From: Acidimicrobiia bacterium
Lineage (GTDB): Bacteria; Actinomycetota; Acidimicrobiia; IMCC26256; CAWATG01
DNA: 64,000 nt
NCBI GenBank assembly: GCA_046331155.1
Contig: JAXLRK010000001.1
Span: 43,012-107,011, forward strand
Direction: 5' to 3'
A model generated the notes under the pieces. It made no database searches. It was not told where the DNA came from and saw nothing but the letters and a program-made list of their open reading frames with translations. Below, piece by piece: positions 56,328 through 64,000 of the stretch. The translations under genes and the position numbers were made by a program. Position 1 is the stretch's first letter, and the number at the start of each line of letters is the position of its first letter.

Positions 56328-57350
56328 TCAGACGTTGAAGCGGATCTCCAGCACGTCGCCGTCGTGCACGACGTACTCCTTTCCCTCGACCCGCAGCTTG
56401 CCCGCCTCCCGAGCCTTCGACCACGAGCCGATCTCGAGCAGGTCGTCCCAGTGCACCACCTCGGCCCGGATGAAGCCGCGTTGCAGGTCGGAGTGGATGA
56501 CGCCCGCGCACTCGGGTGCCTTGGCACCGGCCCGGAACGTCCAGGCCCGGCTCTCCTTGTCGCCCGTGGTGAAGAACGTCTCGCGACCGAGCAACCGGTA
56601 GGCGGCGCGCGCGAGGCGGGGCACGACGCTCTCGGCCACCCCGAGGTCGGCGAGCAGCTCGGCGCGGTCGTCGCCCGCGGCGGCCACCACGTCGGGGTCG
56701 CCCTCGAGCTCGAGGCACACCGCGAGCGCGGTCTCGCCGAGCGGGGCCGCCAACTCGTAACCCCGGTCGAGGTCGCCGCTGTCGATGTTCACGACGACGA
56801 GCGCCGGCTTGTTCGTGAGCAGGAACACGGGCCCGAGGAGCTCACGCTCCCCGGTGGTGAGATCGGACCGGTAGACGGGGATCCCGTCGCCCAGCACTGC
56901 GGTCGCGCGTTCGAGCGCCGCGATCTCGGGGCCGAGGGTCTTGTCGCCCTTCGCGGCCCGTTGCTGCTTGTGGAGCCGCTGCTCCACGGACGCGAGGTCG
57001 GCCAGGACGAGCTCGTACTCGATCGTGGCGAGGTCACCCGCGGGATCGTTGCCTCCGCCGGCCCGGGTGACCGCGAGGATCGCGTCGCAGTCGCGGAGCT
57101 GGCCGAGCAACCGGCTGCCGAGGCCCTTGCCCGGCTCGGTCGACAGGCCGGGGAGGTAGGCGATCTGGAACGTCGCCGGCACGACCTTCTTGGACTGCGA
57201 CATGGCGGCGAGCCGGTCGAGCCGGTCGTCGGGAAGATGCACCACACCGAGCATCCGCTCGGTGGCGAGCGCCGCGTCCTGGGCGGTGAGCGCGGCGAAC
57301 AGCGCCGCGTGGCCCGAGTCGGCGAGCCCGATGAGTCCGAGGTGCTCCAT
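56328..57350 (-). CDS. YchF/OLA1-like protein with degenerate nucleotide-binding motifs (DUF933-type C-terminus)
   Basis: The C-terminal TGS/YchF block 'FFTTGDKESRAWTFRAGAKAPECAGVIHSDLQRGFIRAEV' is intact. The G1 motif reads 'GLIGLADSGHAALF' in place of 'G..G.PNVGKST.F'. Confidence 0.75.
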   Translation of the reverse strand: MEHLGLIGLADSGHAALFAALTAQDAALATERMLGVVHLPDDRLDRLAAMSQSKKVVPATFQIAYLPGLSTEPGKGLGSRLLGQLRDCDAILAVTRAGGGNDPAGDLATIEYELVLADLASVEQRLHKQQRAAKGDKTLGPEIAALERATAVLGDGIPVYRSDLTTGERELLGPVFLLTNKPALVVVNIDSGDLDRGYELAAPLGETALAVCLELEGDPDVVAAAGDDRAELLADLGVAESVVPRLARAAYRLLGRETFFTTGDKESRAWTFRAGAKAPECAGVIHSDLQRGFIRAEVVHWDDLLEIGSWSKAREAGKLRVEGKEYVVHDGDVLEIRFNV

Positions 57351-57475
57351 GCGCCGGAGGTTACCGGGCGGCCCTCCCGCGGGCGCCGGGGTGGGTGCCG
57401 AACGGCCGATCCGAGCGAAGCGGGGCGGGCCGGTCGGATCGGCTACCGTGACCGCTTCACTCGCGAGGAGTCACG

Positions 57476-57562
57476 ATGAGCAAGAAATCGAAGAAGCGGC
57501 GCCTCCGGGCCCGGCGCAGCAAGGCCAACCACGGCAAGCGCCCCCTCGTCGGCCGCCGCTGA
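57476..57562 (+). CDS. 50S ribosomal protein bL37 (actinobacterial 28-aa micro-protein)
   Basis: Absent from the ORF track. Translation is MSKKSKKRRLRARRSKANHGKRPLVGRR, with the 'KANHGKRP' signature. aggag lies 6 nt upstream of the ATG. Confidence 0.8.
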   Translation: MSKKSKKRRLRARRSKANHGKRPLVGRR

Positions 57563-57574
57563 CGCCACGGTGGG

Positions 57575-58369
57575 TCACCCGCCGTCGACGAGCAGGGACT
57601 GCGTCGCCCGGCCGATGCGACCCAGCTCGTCGTAGAGCCCCGACTCCGCCATCCCCACGCCGGTCCGCTCCGGGTACGTGACCGCGTCGAGCCCCACCCA
57701 TTCCCCGACCGGCTCCCGGTGCAACGAGATCGTCAGGTCCGGGTTGATGAACACGTAACGGTCCCAGTCGAGCACCGAGCTGACGCCGTTCCCGAAGTCG
57801 GCGGCCGCCGCGACCCGCATCAACGGCGACGTCTCCTCACCCGCGACGATTGGCAACTTCAGCCGGAACCACATCGCGCACGGTCCCGGCGCGCCGAACC
57901 GCCCGCGGGCGGGACGGGCGTCCATGGCGAGCGGGAACATGAGCCGGCCGAGAGCCTCGAAGGGGAACGTCTCGGGCTCGAGCTCCTCGGGCCGCGGGCT
58001 CATCCGGTCGTCCGGCACGATCGACGAACCGAGGTCGACCTCCGTCCTGCGGATCCGCAGCCCGAGCGCTCGTACCACCTCGGTCCCGTCCCCCGTCGTC
58101 ATCGAGGCCTCGACGAGCTGCACCTTCTTCCCGGGTCTGGCGATCCGTGTCGCCACACGCAGCGGCGTGAGCGGGACGGGGCGCAACAGCTCCAGCGTGA
58201 TCCTCGTGACCTGCATCGGCGGGCCCGGCTCGCGTTCGATCCCCCGGGCGATCAAGGCCCCCGGGGCGCCGCCGTGCTGGGCGTCCGGATCCCAGGGACC
58301 GCGGGCGATCTCGCTCGGTACGAACGTGTCGCCGTCGGGCTCGAACACGGCATCCGGGAGCTCGATCAC
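57575..58369 (-). CDS. acyl-CoA thioesterase-II-like (double hot-dog) thioesterase family protein
   Basis: 264 aa with 'GPWDPDAQHGGAPGALIAR' and two hot-dog-like halves. Confidence 0.65.
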   Translation of the reverse strand: MIELPDAVFEPDGDTFVPSEIARGPWDPDAQHGGAPGALIARGIEREPGPPMQVTRITLELLRPVPLTPLRVATRIARPGKKVQLVEASMTTGDGTEVVRALGLRIRRTEVDLGSSIVPDDRMSPRPEELEPETFPFEALGRLMFPLAMDARPARGRFGAPGPCAMWFRLKLPIVAGEETSPLMRVAAAADFGNGVSSVLDWDRYVFINPDLTISLHREPVGEWVGLDAVTYPERTGVGMAESGLYDELGRIGRATQSLLVDGG

Positions 58370-58451
58370 GGACCGAGGCTAGTGCCGACTCGCCGCGGCG
58401 TATCCGGGCGCGAACTGTTCGCGCCGGCATACACCGGTTCACGTTGACGAG

Positions 58452-59255
58452 GTGGAGACGGCGACCGTAGCGTCGCCCGCGATGCAGATCGGCAAGCTCC
58501 TCGACGAGAAGGTCGCGTTGATCACGGGCGCAGGGTCCGGTCAGGGCCGGGCCGCGTCGGTGCTCTTCGCCGAACACGGGGCGCGCGTCGCGATCGTCGA
58601 CGTCAACGACGAGGGTGCGCGCGAGACGGTCCACATGGTGCAAGCGGCAGGGTCGGAGGCCACCGCTATCCACGCCGACGTCTCGGAGCGCACCGACTGC
58701 GACGCCATGGTCGACGCCACGATCGCCGCCTACGGACGCGTCGACGTGCTCTACAACAACGCCGCGGTCCAGATGTCGGGCCGGTTGGTCGACACGTCCG
58801 AGGCCGACTGGGATCTCACGATCGCCACCAACCTCAGCGCGATCTTCTGGGCCTGCCGTGCGGCCATCCCACACATGCTCGAACACGACGGCGGGAGCAT
58901 CATCAACACCGCCTCGGTGCTCGGCCTCATCGGCAGCGAGGGCTACGCGGCGTACGGCGCGGCGAAGGCGGGCCTCGTTGCGCTCACCCGCCAGATCGCG
59001 ACCGAGTACGGGCCCGAGATCCGCGCGAACGTGATCGCGCCCGGCTCGATCGACACACCCCGCTTCCGCAAGGTCACCGCGGAGATGGCCGACCCCGACG
59101 GCTTCCTCTCGGGGCTGCTCGGCAACATCCCGATGCACCGGCTCGGCACCGCCGGCGACATCGCCGGTGCCGCCCTCTTCCTCGCGAGCGACCTGTCGTC
59201 GTACACCTCCGGCGCGGTGATCCCGTGCGACGGCGGTCTGGCGGCCCTGCGTTGA
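58452..59255 (+). CDS. SDR-family oxidoreductase
   Basis: Has 'VALITGAGSGQGRA', 'NNAA' and 'YAAYGAAK'. The GTG at 58452 or the ATG at 58482 may be the start. Confidence 0.85.
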   Translation: METATVASPAMQIGKLLDEKVALITGAGSGQGRAASVLFAEHGARVAIVDVNDEGARETVHMVQAAGSEATAIHADVSERTDCDAMVDATIAAYGRVDVLYNNAAVQMSGRLVDTSEADWDLTIATNLSAIFWACRAAIPHMLEHDGGSIINTASVLGLIGSEGYAAYGAAKAGLVALTRQIATEYGPEIRANVIAPGSIDTPRFRKVTAEMADPDGFLSGLLGNIPMHRLGTAGDIAGAALFLASDLSSYTSGAVIPCDGGLAALR

Positions 59256-59269
59256 ACGCGAACGTCCCG

Positions 59270-60043
59270 ATGAGCGCCGAGCTCGCCGGCGAGGTCGCGA
59301 TCGTCACCGGCGGCGCATCCGGCCTCGGCGAGGCCATCGCCCGGCGGTTCGCCGAGGAGGGATCGAAGGTCATCCTCGCCGACCTCGACGAGGTCGGCGC
59401 CCGCCGGGTGGCCGACGCCATCGTCGACGAGGGGGGTGCCGCCGAGGTCGTGTCCGTCGACGTGACCCACGAGGCCGACGTCGCCGCCATGATCCACGAC
59501 ACCGTGGCGCGTCACCGGCGCCTCGACGTCCTGGTGTGCAGCGCCGCGGTCGAGACCCGGGCGAGCGTCGTGGAATGCACGGACGACGACTGGAAACGCG
59601 TCCTCGACGTGAACCTCAAGGGCCCGTTCCTGTGCATGAAGCATGCGATCCCGGCGATGGTCGCGAGCGGGGGCGGCTCGATCATCCTCATGAGCTCGGT
59701 GCTCGGCTCGATCGGCTCGCCCGGCTACGCGGCGTACTGCGCGTCGAAGGGCGGGCTCCAGAACCTCGCCAAGCAGGCGGCCATCGAGCACGCCGCCGAC
59801 GGCGTGCGCGTCAACGTCATCGCGCCGACCGCCTGCGAGGCCGGCCTGTTCCTGAAGGTCATCCAGCAGGCACCCGACCCCGAGGGGATCAAGGCGTTCG
59901 TGGCCGCACGGACGCCGATGGGTCGGCTCGGATCGATCGACGACGTGACCGACGCCGCCATGTTCCTCGCGACCGACGCGTCGGCGTACGTGAGCGGCGC
60001 GGTGATCCCACTCGACGGCGGGCTCGCGGCCCGCCGCGTCTGA
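59270..60043 (+). CDS. SDR-family oxidoreductase
   Basis: Has 'VAIVTGGASGLGEA' and 'YAAYCASK'. ATG at 59270. Confidence 0.85.
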   Translation: MSAELAGEVAIVTGGASGLGEAIARRFAEEGSKVILADLDEVGARRVADAIVDEGGAAEVVSVDVTHEADVAAMIHDTVARHRRLDVLVCSAAVETRASVVECTDDDWKRVLDVNLKGPFLCMKHAIPAMVASGGGSIILMSSVLGSIGSPGYAAYCASKGGLQNLAKQAAIEHAADGVRVNVIAPTACEAGLFLKVIQQAPDPEGIKAFVAARTPMGRLGSIDDVTDAAMFLATDASAYVSGAVIPLDGGLAARRV

Positions 60044-60059
60044 CCAGGGGAGGCCAGCG

Positions 60060-61148
60060 ATGCGCGACGGCCGACGGATACTCGACGCCGATGCCCACGT
60101 GATCGAGCCGGGCGGGCTGTTCGGCGCCGCGCAGCAACCGGACGTCGAGCCGATGGTCCTCCCGGAGCACACGCCGCGCGTGCCGGTCGGCGACCTCGAC
60201 AAGCTCGCGGACTTCCTCGCCGACGGGTGCTCGGCCACCGAGTACCTCCGGTGCATGGACGCCGAAGGCATCGACGGCGTGGTCCTGTACCCCTCGGTCG
60301 GGTTGTTCGTACCGTTCCAGCACGACCTGGCGCCCGGACTGTCCATCGAGGCGTGCCGCGCCTACAACGACTGGGTGGCGCAGTACTGCGCGACCGCCCC
60401 GCACCGTCTCGCCGCCGTCGGCATCGTGCCGCTGGTGGACGTCGAGGCCGCCGCGGCCGAGGCACGGCGAGTGCACCAGCTCGGTCTCGTCGGCGTCATG
60501 GTCCGACCCAACCACTGCTACGGGCGCGACCTCGGGTCGCCCGCCTACTACCACCTCTACGACGTGCTCGAAGAGCTCGGGCTCGTGCTCGCCGTGCACG
60601 AAGGGCTCGGGCTGCGGGGCACGACGATCGGCGACCACCGCAGCGACAAGTTCGCGGTCCGTCACGCGATGTCGCACCCGATGGAGCAGATGGCGGCGAT
60701 GGCGAGCCTCGTGCTCGAGGGCACGCTGGAGCGGCACTCGACGCTCAACGTCGCGTTCCTGGAGTCCGGCACCGGCTGGCTCCCCTACTGGCTGGCCCGC
60801 CTCGACGGCCACGCCGAGTGGATGGCCGATTCCGAGACGAAGTCGCTCTCGCTCACGCCGTCGGAGTACTTCCAACGTCAGTGCGTCATCTGCACCGACC
60901 CCGACGACCCGCTGGCCGCCTCGGTCGTCGACCGCGTCGGTGCCGACCACGTCATGTGGGCCAGCGACTTTCCCCACCCCGACGCGGTGTACCCGCACGC
61001 GGTCTCGGAGTTCCTGGCCGAGTCGGACGAGCACGGGCTGGAGGGCGCGGACCTCGACGCCGTGCTGTGGGACACCCCGCTGCGGTTCTACGGCCTGGAA
61101 GAGCGGTTCTCCGGCGTCGGCGCGGCTACGCCGACCCCACCCGGCTGA
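60060..61148 (+). CDS. amidohydrolase-2 (ACMSD-like) family protein
   Basis: Has 'RILDADAHVIEP' and 'VMWASDFPHPD'. ggggagg lies upstream of the ATG. Confidence 0.8.
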   Translation: MRDGRRILDADAHVIEPGGLFGAAQQPDVEPMVLPEHTPRVPVGDLDKLADFLADGCSATEYLRCMDAEGIDGVVLYPSVGLFVPFQHDLAPGLSIEACRAYNDWVAQYCATAPHRLAAVGIVPLVDVEAAAAEARRVHQLGLVGVMVRPNHCYGRDLGSPAYYHLYDVLEELGLVLAVHEGLGLRGTTIGDHRSDKFAVRHAMSHPMEQMAAMASLVLEGTLERHSTLNVAFLESGTGWLPYWLARLDGHAEWMADSETKSLSLTPSEYFQRQCVICTDPDDPLAASVVDRVGADHVMWASDFPHPDAVYPHAVSEFLAESDEHGLEGADLDAVLWDTPLRFYGLEERFSGVGAATPTPPG

Positions 61149-61899
61149 ACGTCGACGTGCCGTACTTCGCGGCCAGCAGCTCCTTGAGACCACGCGGGAA
61201 CCGGTGGTGGCCGGCGACGTGCGCCGCGGTCAGCGCCCGCTGCACCCCGACGTCGCCGCGGAAGGCCTGCGCGCACCGCCGTGGTTCCACGTTGGCGAGC
61301 GACAGGATCGCGCCCGTGCAGCCCAACGGTCCCGCGTAGGCGAGCAACGCCGACGATCCGGTGTAGATCGGCCGCTTGAACGTCGCCAGCTCCTCGAGCA
61401 GCCGCTCCGCGTCGCCCGAGGAGTCCTTCAGACCGTCGATCGCCAGTGCGTCGAGCATCTCCACCGGGATGCCCGGGGACGAGACCGCCGGGAAGTGGTA
61501 ACCGAGGACGGGGCGCCCGGCCGCGGCCGTCGCGATCGCGTCGTAGTACTCGGGTAGCGCGGGCGAGCCGGGCGGGGTGAGCGCGAGCACCGCGTCGGCG
61601 CCGTGCTCGATGGCTTCGCGGGTGTAGCCGACGGCTTCGCGGGTGGACGACGCTCCCGTGCCCGCGAGCACCGGGATCGCGGGCGGCACGGTCTTGCGCA
61701 CCGCGTCGAGGAGCTCGACCCGTTCCTCGGCCGAGAGCGTCGAAGCCTCGCCGGTCGTGCCGGCGACCAGCACCGCCCGCACGCCGTCGTCCACGAGCCG
61801 GAGCGCGAGATCGGCCGTCGCGACCGTGTCGAGGGAGCCGTCGTCGCCGAACAGGGTGACGAGAGCGACCCCGACCCCGTGGAACACCGTGGTCGTCAT
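61126..61899 (-). CDS. dihydrodipicolinate synthase (DapA/NAL) family protein
   Basis: From the ATG at 61899: 'GVGVALVTLFGDDGSLD' and 'VAGTTGEASTLSAEER'. The rest of the 547-aa ORF is spurious. Confidence 0.75.
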   Translation of the reverse strand: MTTTVFHGVGVALVTLFGDDGSLDTVATADLALRLVDDGVRAVLVAGTTGEASTLSAEERVELLDAVRKTVPPAIPVLAGTGASSTREAVGYTREAIEHGADAVLALTPPGSPALPEYYDAIATAAAGRPVLGYHFPAVSSPGIPVEMLDALAIDGLKDSSGDAERLLEELATFKRPIYTGSSALLAYAGPLGCTGAILSLANVEPRRCAQAFRGDVGVQRALTAAHVAGHHRFPRGLKELLAAKYGTSTFSRVGSA

Positions 61900-61986
61900 G
61901 GAGCCAAGGTACCGGGAACCAATTGCCGCGTTCACACCGTCGAACTCGGTGCCGGGCCACCAGGGCCCCGAACAGGAGCAACGACG

Positions 61987-62721
61987 ATGCGCACGATCCT
62001 CGCGGCCCTCGCGGCCACCACCGCACTGGCCCTCGCCGGCTGCAACACGGCGTCCCGAGCCGCCGAGCCGACCAGTCGAGTCGACGCCGCGCCGGTCGCG
62101 GCCAAGAGCGGTCCGCGCACGGTGACCGTGCAGGCCAACGGCCGGGTGACGGGCAAGCCCGACACGATGACGTTGACCATCGGTGTCGAGAGCCGCGGTC
62201 CGACGGCCCGCGCCGCCCTGGACCGGAACAACCAGCGGGCCGGCGACGTCATCGCGTCGCTGAAGGCGTCGGGCATCGCCCCGGACGACCTCCAGACGAG
62301 CCAGCTCTCGGTGAGCCCCACCTACGACGACCGCGGCCACGTCACCGGGTACTCCGTGAGCAACATGGTCACGGCCAAGCTCCACCAGATCGACAACGCC
62401 GGGAAGGTGATCGACGCGGCCGCGGCGTTCGCGGGCGACGACATCAGGGTGGGCGGCGTGCAGTTCTCGATCGAGGACACGGGCAAGCTCGCGGGCGCGG
62501 CCCGCGCCGAGGCGATGAAGCAGGCCAAGCAGCACGCGTCCGACTTCGCGTCGGCCGCCGGCGCGTCCCTCGGCGCGGTGCAGAAGATCACCGAGACGGC
62601 CGCGTCGGTACCGACCCCGATCGCCTACGCGGGAGCGGCCGACGTTGCGAAGTCGGCACCCGTCGAACCCGGTACGCAGGAGGTCGGCGTCACGGTCACG
62701 GTCGTGTACGCGCTCGGGTAG
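61987..62721 (+). CDS. SIMPL/DUF541-domain lipoprotein
   Basis: Lipobox 'LALAGC', plus 'GKPDTMTLTIGVE' and 'EPGTQEVGVTVTVVYAL'. Confidence 0.75.
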   Translation: MRTILAALAATTALALAGCNTASRAAEPTSRVDAAPVAAKSGPRTVTVQANGRVTGKPDTMTLTIGVESRGPTARAALDRNNQRAGDVIASLKASGIAPDDLQTSQLSVSPTYDDRGHVTGYSVSNMVTAKLHQIDNAGKVIDAAAAFAGDDIRVGGVQFSIEDTGKLAGAARAEAMKQAKQHASDFASAAGASLGAVQKITETAASVPTPIAYAGAADVAKSAPVEPGTQEVGVTVTVVYALG

Positions 62722-62747
62722 GCGCCTTGCCATCCCAGGTTTCATCA

Positions 62748-62795
62748 TTCTTTCGATGGAATCCCCCAACTATTGGGGGATTCCATCGAAAGAAC
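62748..62795. repeat. 48-bp palindromic element, copy 3 of 3 (near-perfect hairpin)
   Basis: Sequence ttctttcgatggaatcccccaa-ctat-tgggggattccatcgaaagaa, lying between convergent gene ends. Confidence 0.9.
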
Positions 62796-62843
62796 GCGTG
62801 CTCAATGCTCGAACGGTTGACCCGCGCCTGTGACGCGACACGT

Positions 62844-63983
62844 TCAAACGTCGTCGGGCGCGAGGGCCGCGATCACGTAGTCGACGGCGCGGGTGAGGAC
62901 CGCCAGGTCGTCGGGCTCGATGGCCGGGAACATCGCGATGCGCAGCTGGTTCCGGCCGAGCTTGCGGTAGGGCTCGGTGTCGACGATCCCGTTGGCCCGC
63001 AGCACCCGGGCGACCGCGGCGGCGTCGACGGCGTCGGAGAAGTCGACGGTTGCGGTGACGTGGCTGCGCTCCGACGGCTTCGCCACGAACGGCGCCGCAT
63101 GCGCGCTCGCCTCCGCCCAGCCGTAGACGATCTCGGCCGACCGATCACAACGAGCCGCGACGGCGTCGAGCCCGCCGAGGCCGAGCATCCAGTCGATCTG
63201 CTCGGCGAGCAGGAAGACGGTTGCGAGCGCCGGCGTGTTGTACGTCTGGTCGAGCCGCGAGTTCTCCAGGGCGATCCCGAGGTCGAGCGACGCCGGCATC
63301 CAACGGTCGCTCGCCGCGAGGCTCTCGATGCGGGCGATCGCCGCGGGCGAGCACAGTGCGATCCACAGCCCGCCGTCGCCCGCGAAGCACTTCTGCGGCG
63401 CGAAGTAGTAGACGTCGAACTGCGCCGGGTCGACCCGCAATCCGCCGGCGCCGGACGTCGCGTCGACGGCGACGATGCCCTCCGATCCGGCCGGTCGCCG
63501 CACGTCGAGCATCACGCCCGTCGACGTCTCGTTGTGGGTCAGGGCGTAGAGGTCGACGTCGCCCCCGGCGCGCGCGTCCGGATGGGTACCGGGCTCGGAC
63601 TCGATCACCTCCGGCACGTCGAGCCACGGTGCCGCCGCGACCGCGGTTGCGAACTTCGACGAGAACTCGCCGAACACGAGGTGCTGGCTGCGCCGCTCGA
63701 CCAACCCGAACGTCGCCGCGTCCCAGAACGCGGTGGAGCCGCCGTTGCCGAGCAGCACCTCGTAGCCGTCGGGCAACGAGAACAGGTCGACCAGACCGCG
63801 ACGCACCCTCCCGACCACGGCCCGCACGGTCGACTGGCGGTGGCTGGTGCCGAGATAGCTCGTGGCCACCCGGCCGAGCGCGGCGACGGATTCGGGCCGT
63901 ACCTTCGAGGGCCCGGACCCGAACCGGCCGTCGGAGGGACGGAGGTCGGCGGGCAGCACGATGGTCGCAGGATCGGCGGTCAT
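62844..63983 (-). CDS. serC: phosphoserine transaminase (actinobacterial type)
   Basis: Has 'DGRFGSGPSKVRPE', 'GGSTAFWD' and 'YYFAPQKCFAGDGGLW' (PLP Lys). Confidence 0.9.
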   Translation of the reverse strand: MTADPATIVLPADLRPSDGRFGSGPSKVRPESVAALGRVATSYLGTSHRQSTVRAVVGRVRRGLVDLFSLPDGYEVLLGNGGSTAFWDAATFGLVERRSQHLVFGEFSSKFATAVAAAPWLDVPEVIESEPGTHPDARAGGDVDLYALTHNETSTGVMLDVRRPAGSEGIVAVDATSGAGGLRVDPAQFDVYYFAPQKCFAGDGGLWIALCSPAAIARIESLAASDRWMPASLDLGIALENSRLDQTYNTPALATVFLLAEQIDWMLGLGGLDAVAARCDRSAEIVYGWAEASAHAAPFVAKPSERSHVTATVDFSDAVDAAAVARVLRANGIVDTEPYRKLGRNQLRIAMFPAIEPDDLAVLTRAVDYVIAALAPDDV

Positions 63984-64000
63984 GGGATGCAGGCTACCGA

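Overview
Dense, very GC-rich (about 70% by eye) chromosomal segment from an Actinobacteriota genome. Phylum markers are a mycothiol-type DinB/MDMPI enzyme, an F420-type LLM oxidoreductase, and the actinobacterial micro ribosomal proteins bS22 and bL37. I call about 62 protein genes, 2 tRNAs (Leu-UAA, Gln-UUG), one decayed gene and several non-coding repeats or hairpins. I saw no rRNA, CRISPR, transposase, integrase, phage genes or recognisable defence or toxin-antitoxin genes. Layout: (i) 1-13.4 kb holds lipid-metabolism and protease genes plus a nine-gene, translationally coupled group-3b-type [NiFe]-hydrogenase operon (4473-11560), then a divergent malyl-CoA lyase / MBL hydrolase pair. (ii) 13.6-32 kb is mixed envelope and metabolic genes. 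(iii) 32.5-57.4 kb, mostly on the minus strand, is an ancient housekeeping supercluster: rsmI-abrB-metG-tatD-yabE-like-rsmA-ispE ... glmU-prs-rplY-pth-mfd ... mazG/yabN-eno-ftsB-DUF501-ppx. Its order matches the origin-proximal region of Bacillus subtilis. (iv) 57.5-64 kb holds SDR, amidohydrolase, DapA-like and serC genes. I did not find a convincing novel multi-gene system. The most unusual signals are non-coding. First, a hairpin-bearing tandem repeat family lies upstream of glmU and of an unknown gene, with compensatory stem changes between the two loci. Second, a 48-bp low-GC palindromic element occurs three times. Third, a 163-nt element is bounded by a perfect 20-bp inverted repeat. Fourth, a perfect 24-bp palindrome sits between two divergent start codons. 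Coding oddities include a cNMP-domain gene and a DMT transporter embedded in the hydrogenase operon, tandem zinc-ribbon membrane paralogs, an esterase-thioredoxin fusion, an AbrB ortholog with an intact Cys4 ribbon, and a YchF paralog with a degenerate P-loop. All calls are by eye from the sequence and ORF track, and no searches were run.
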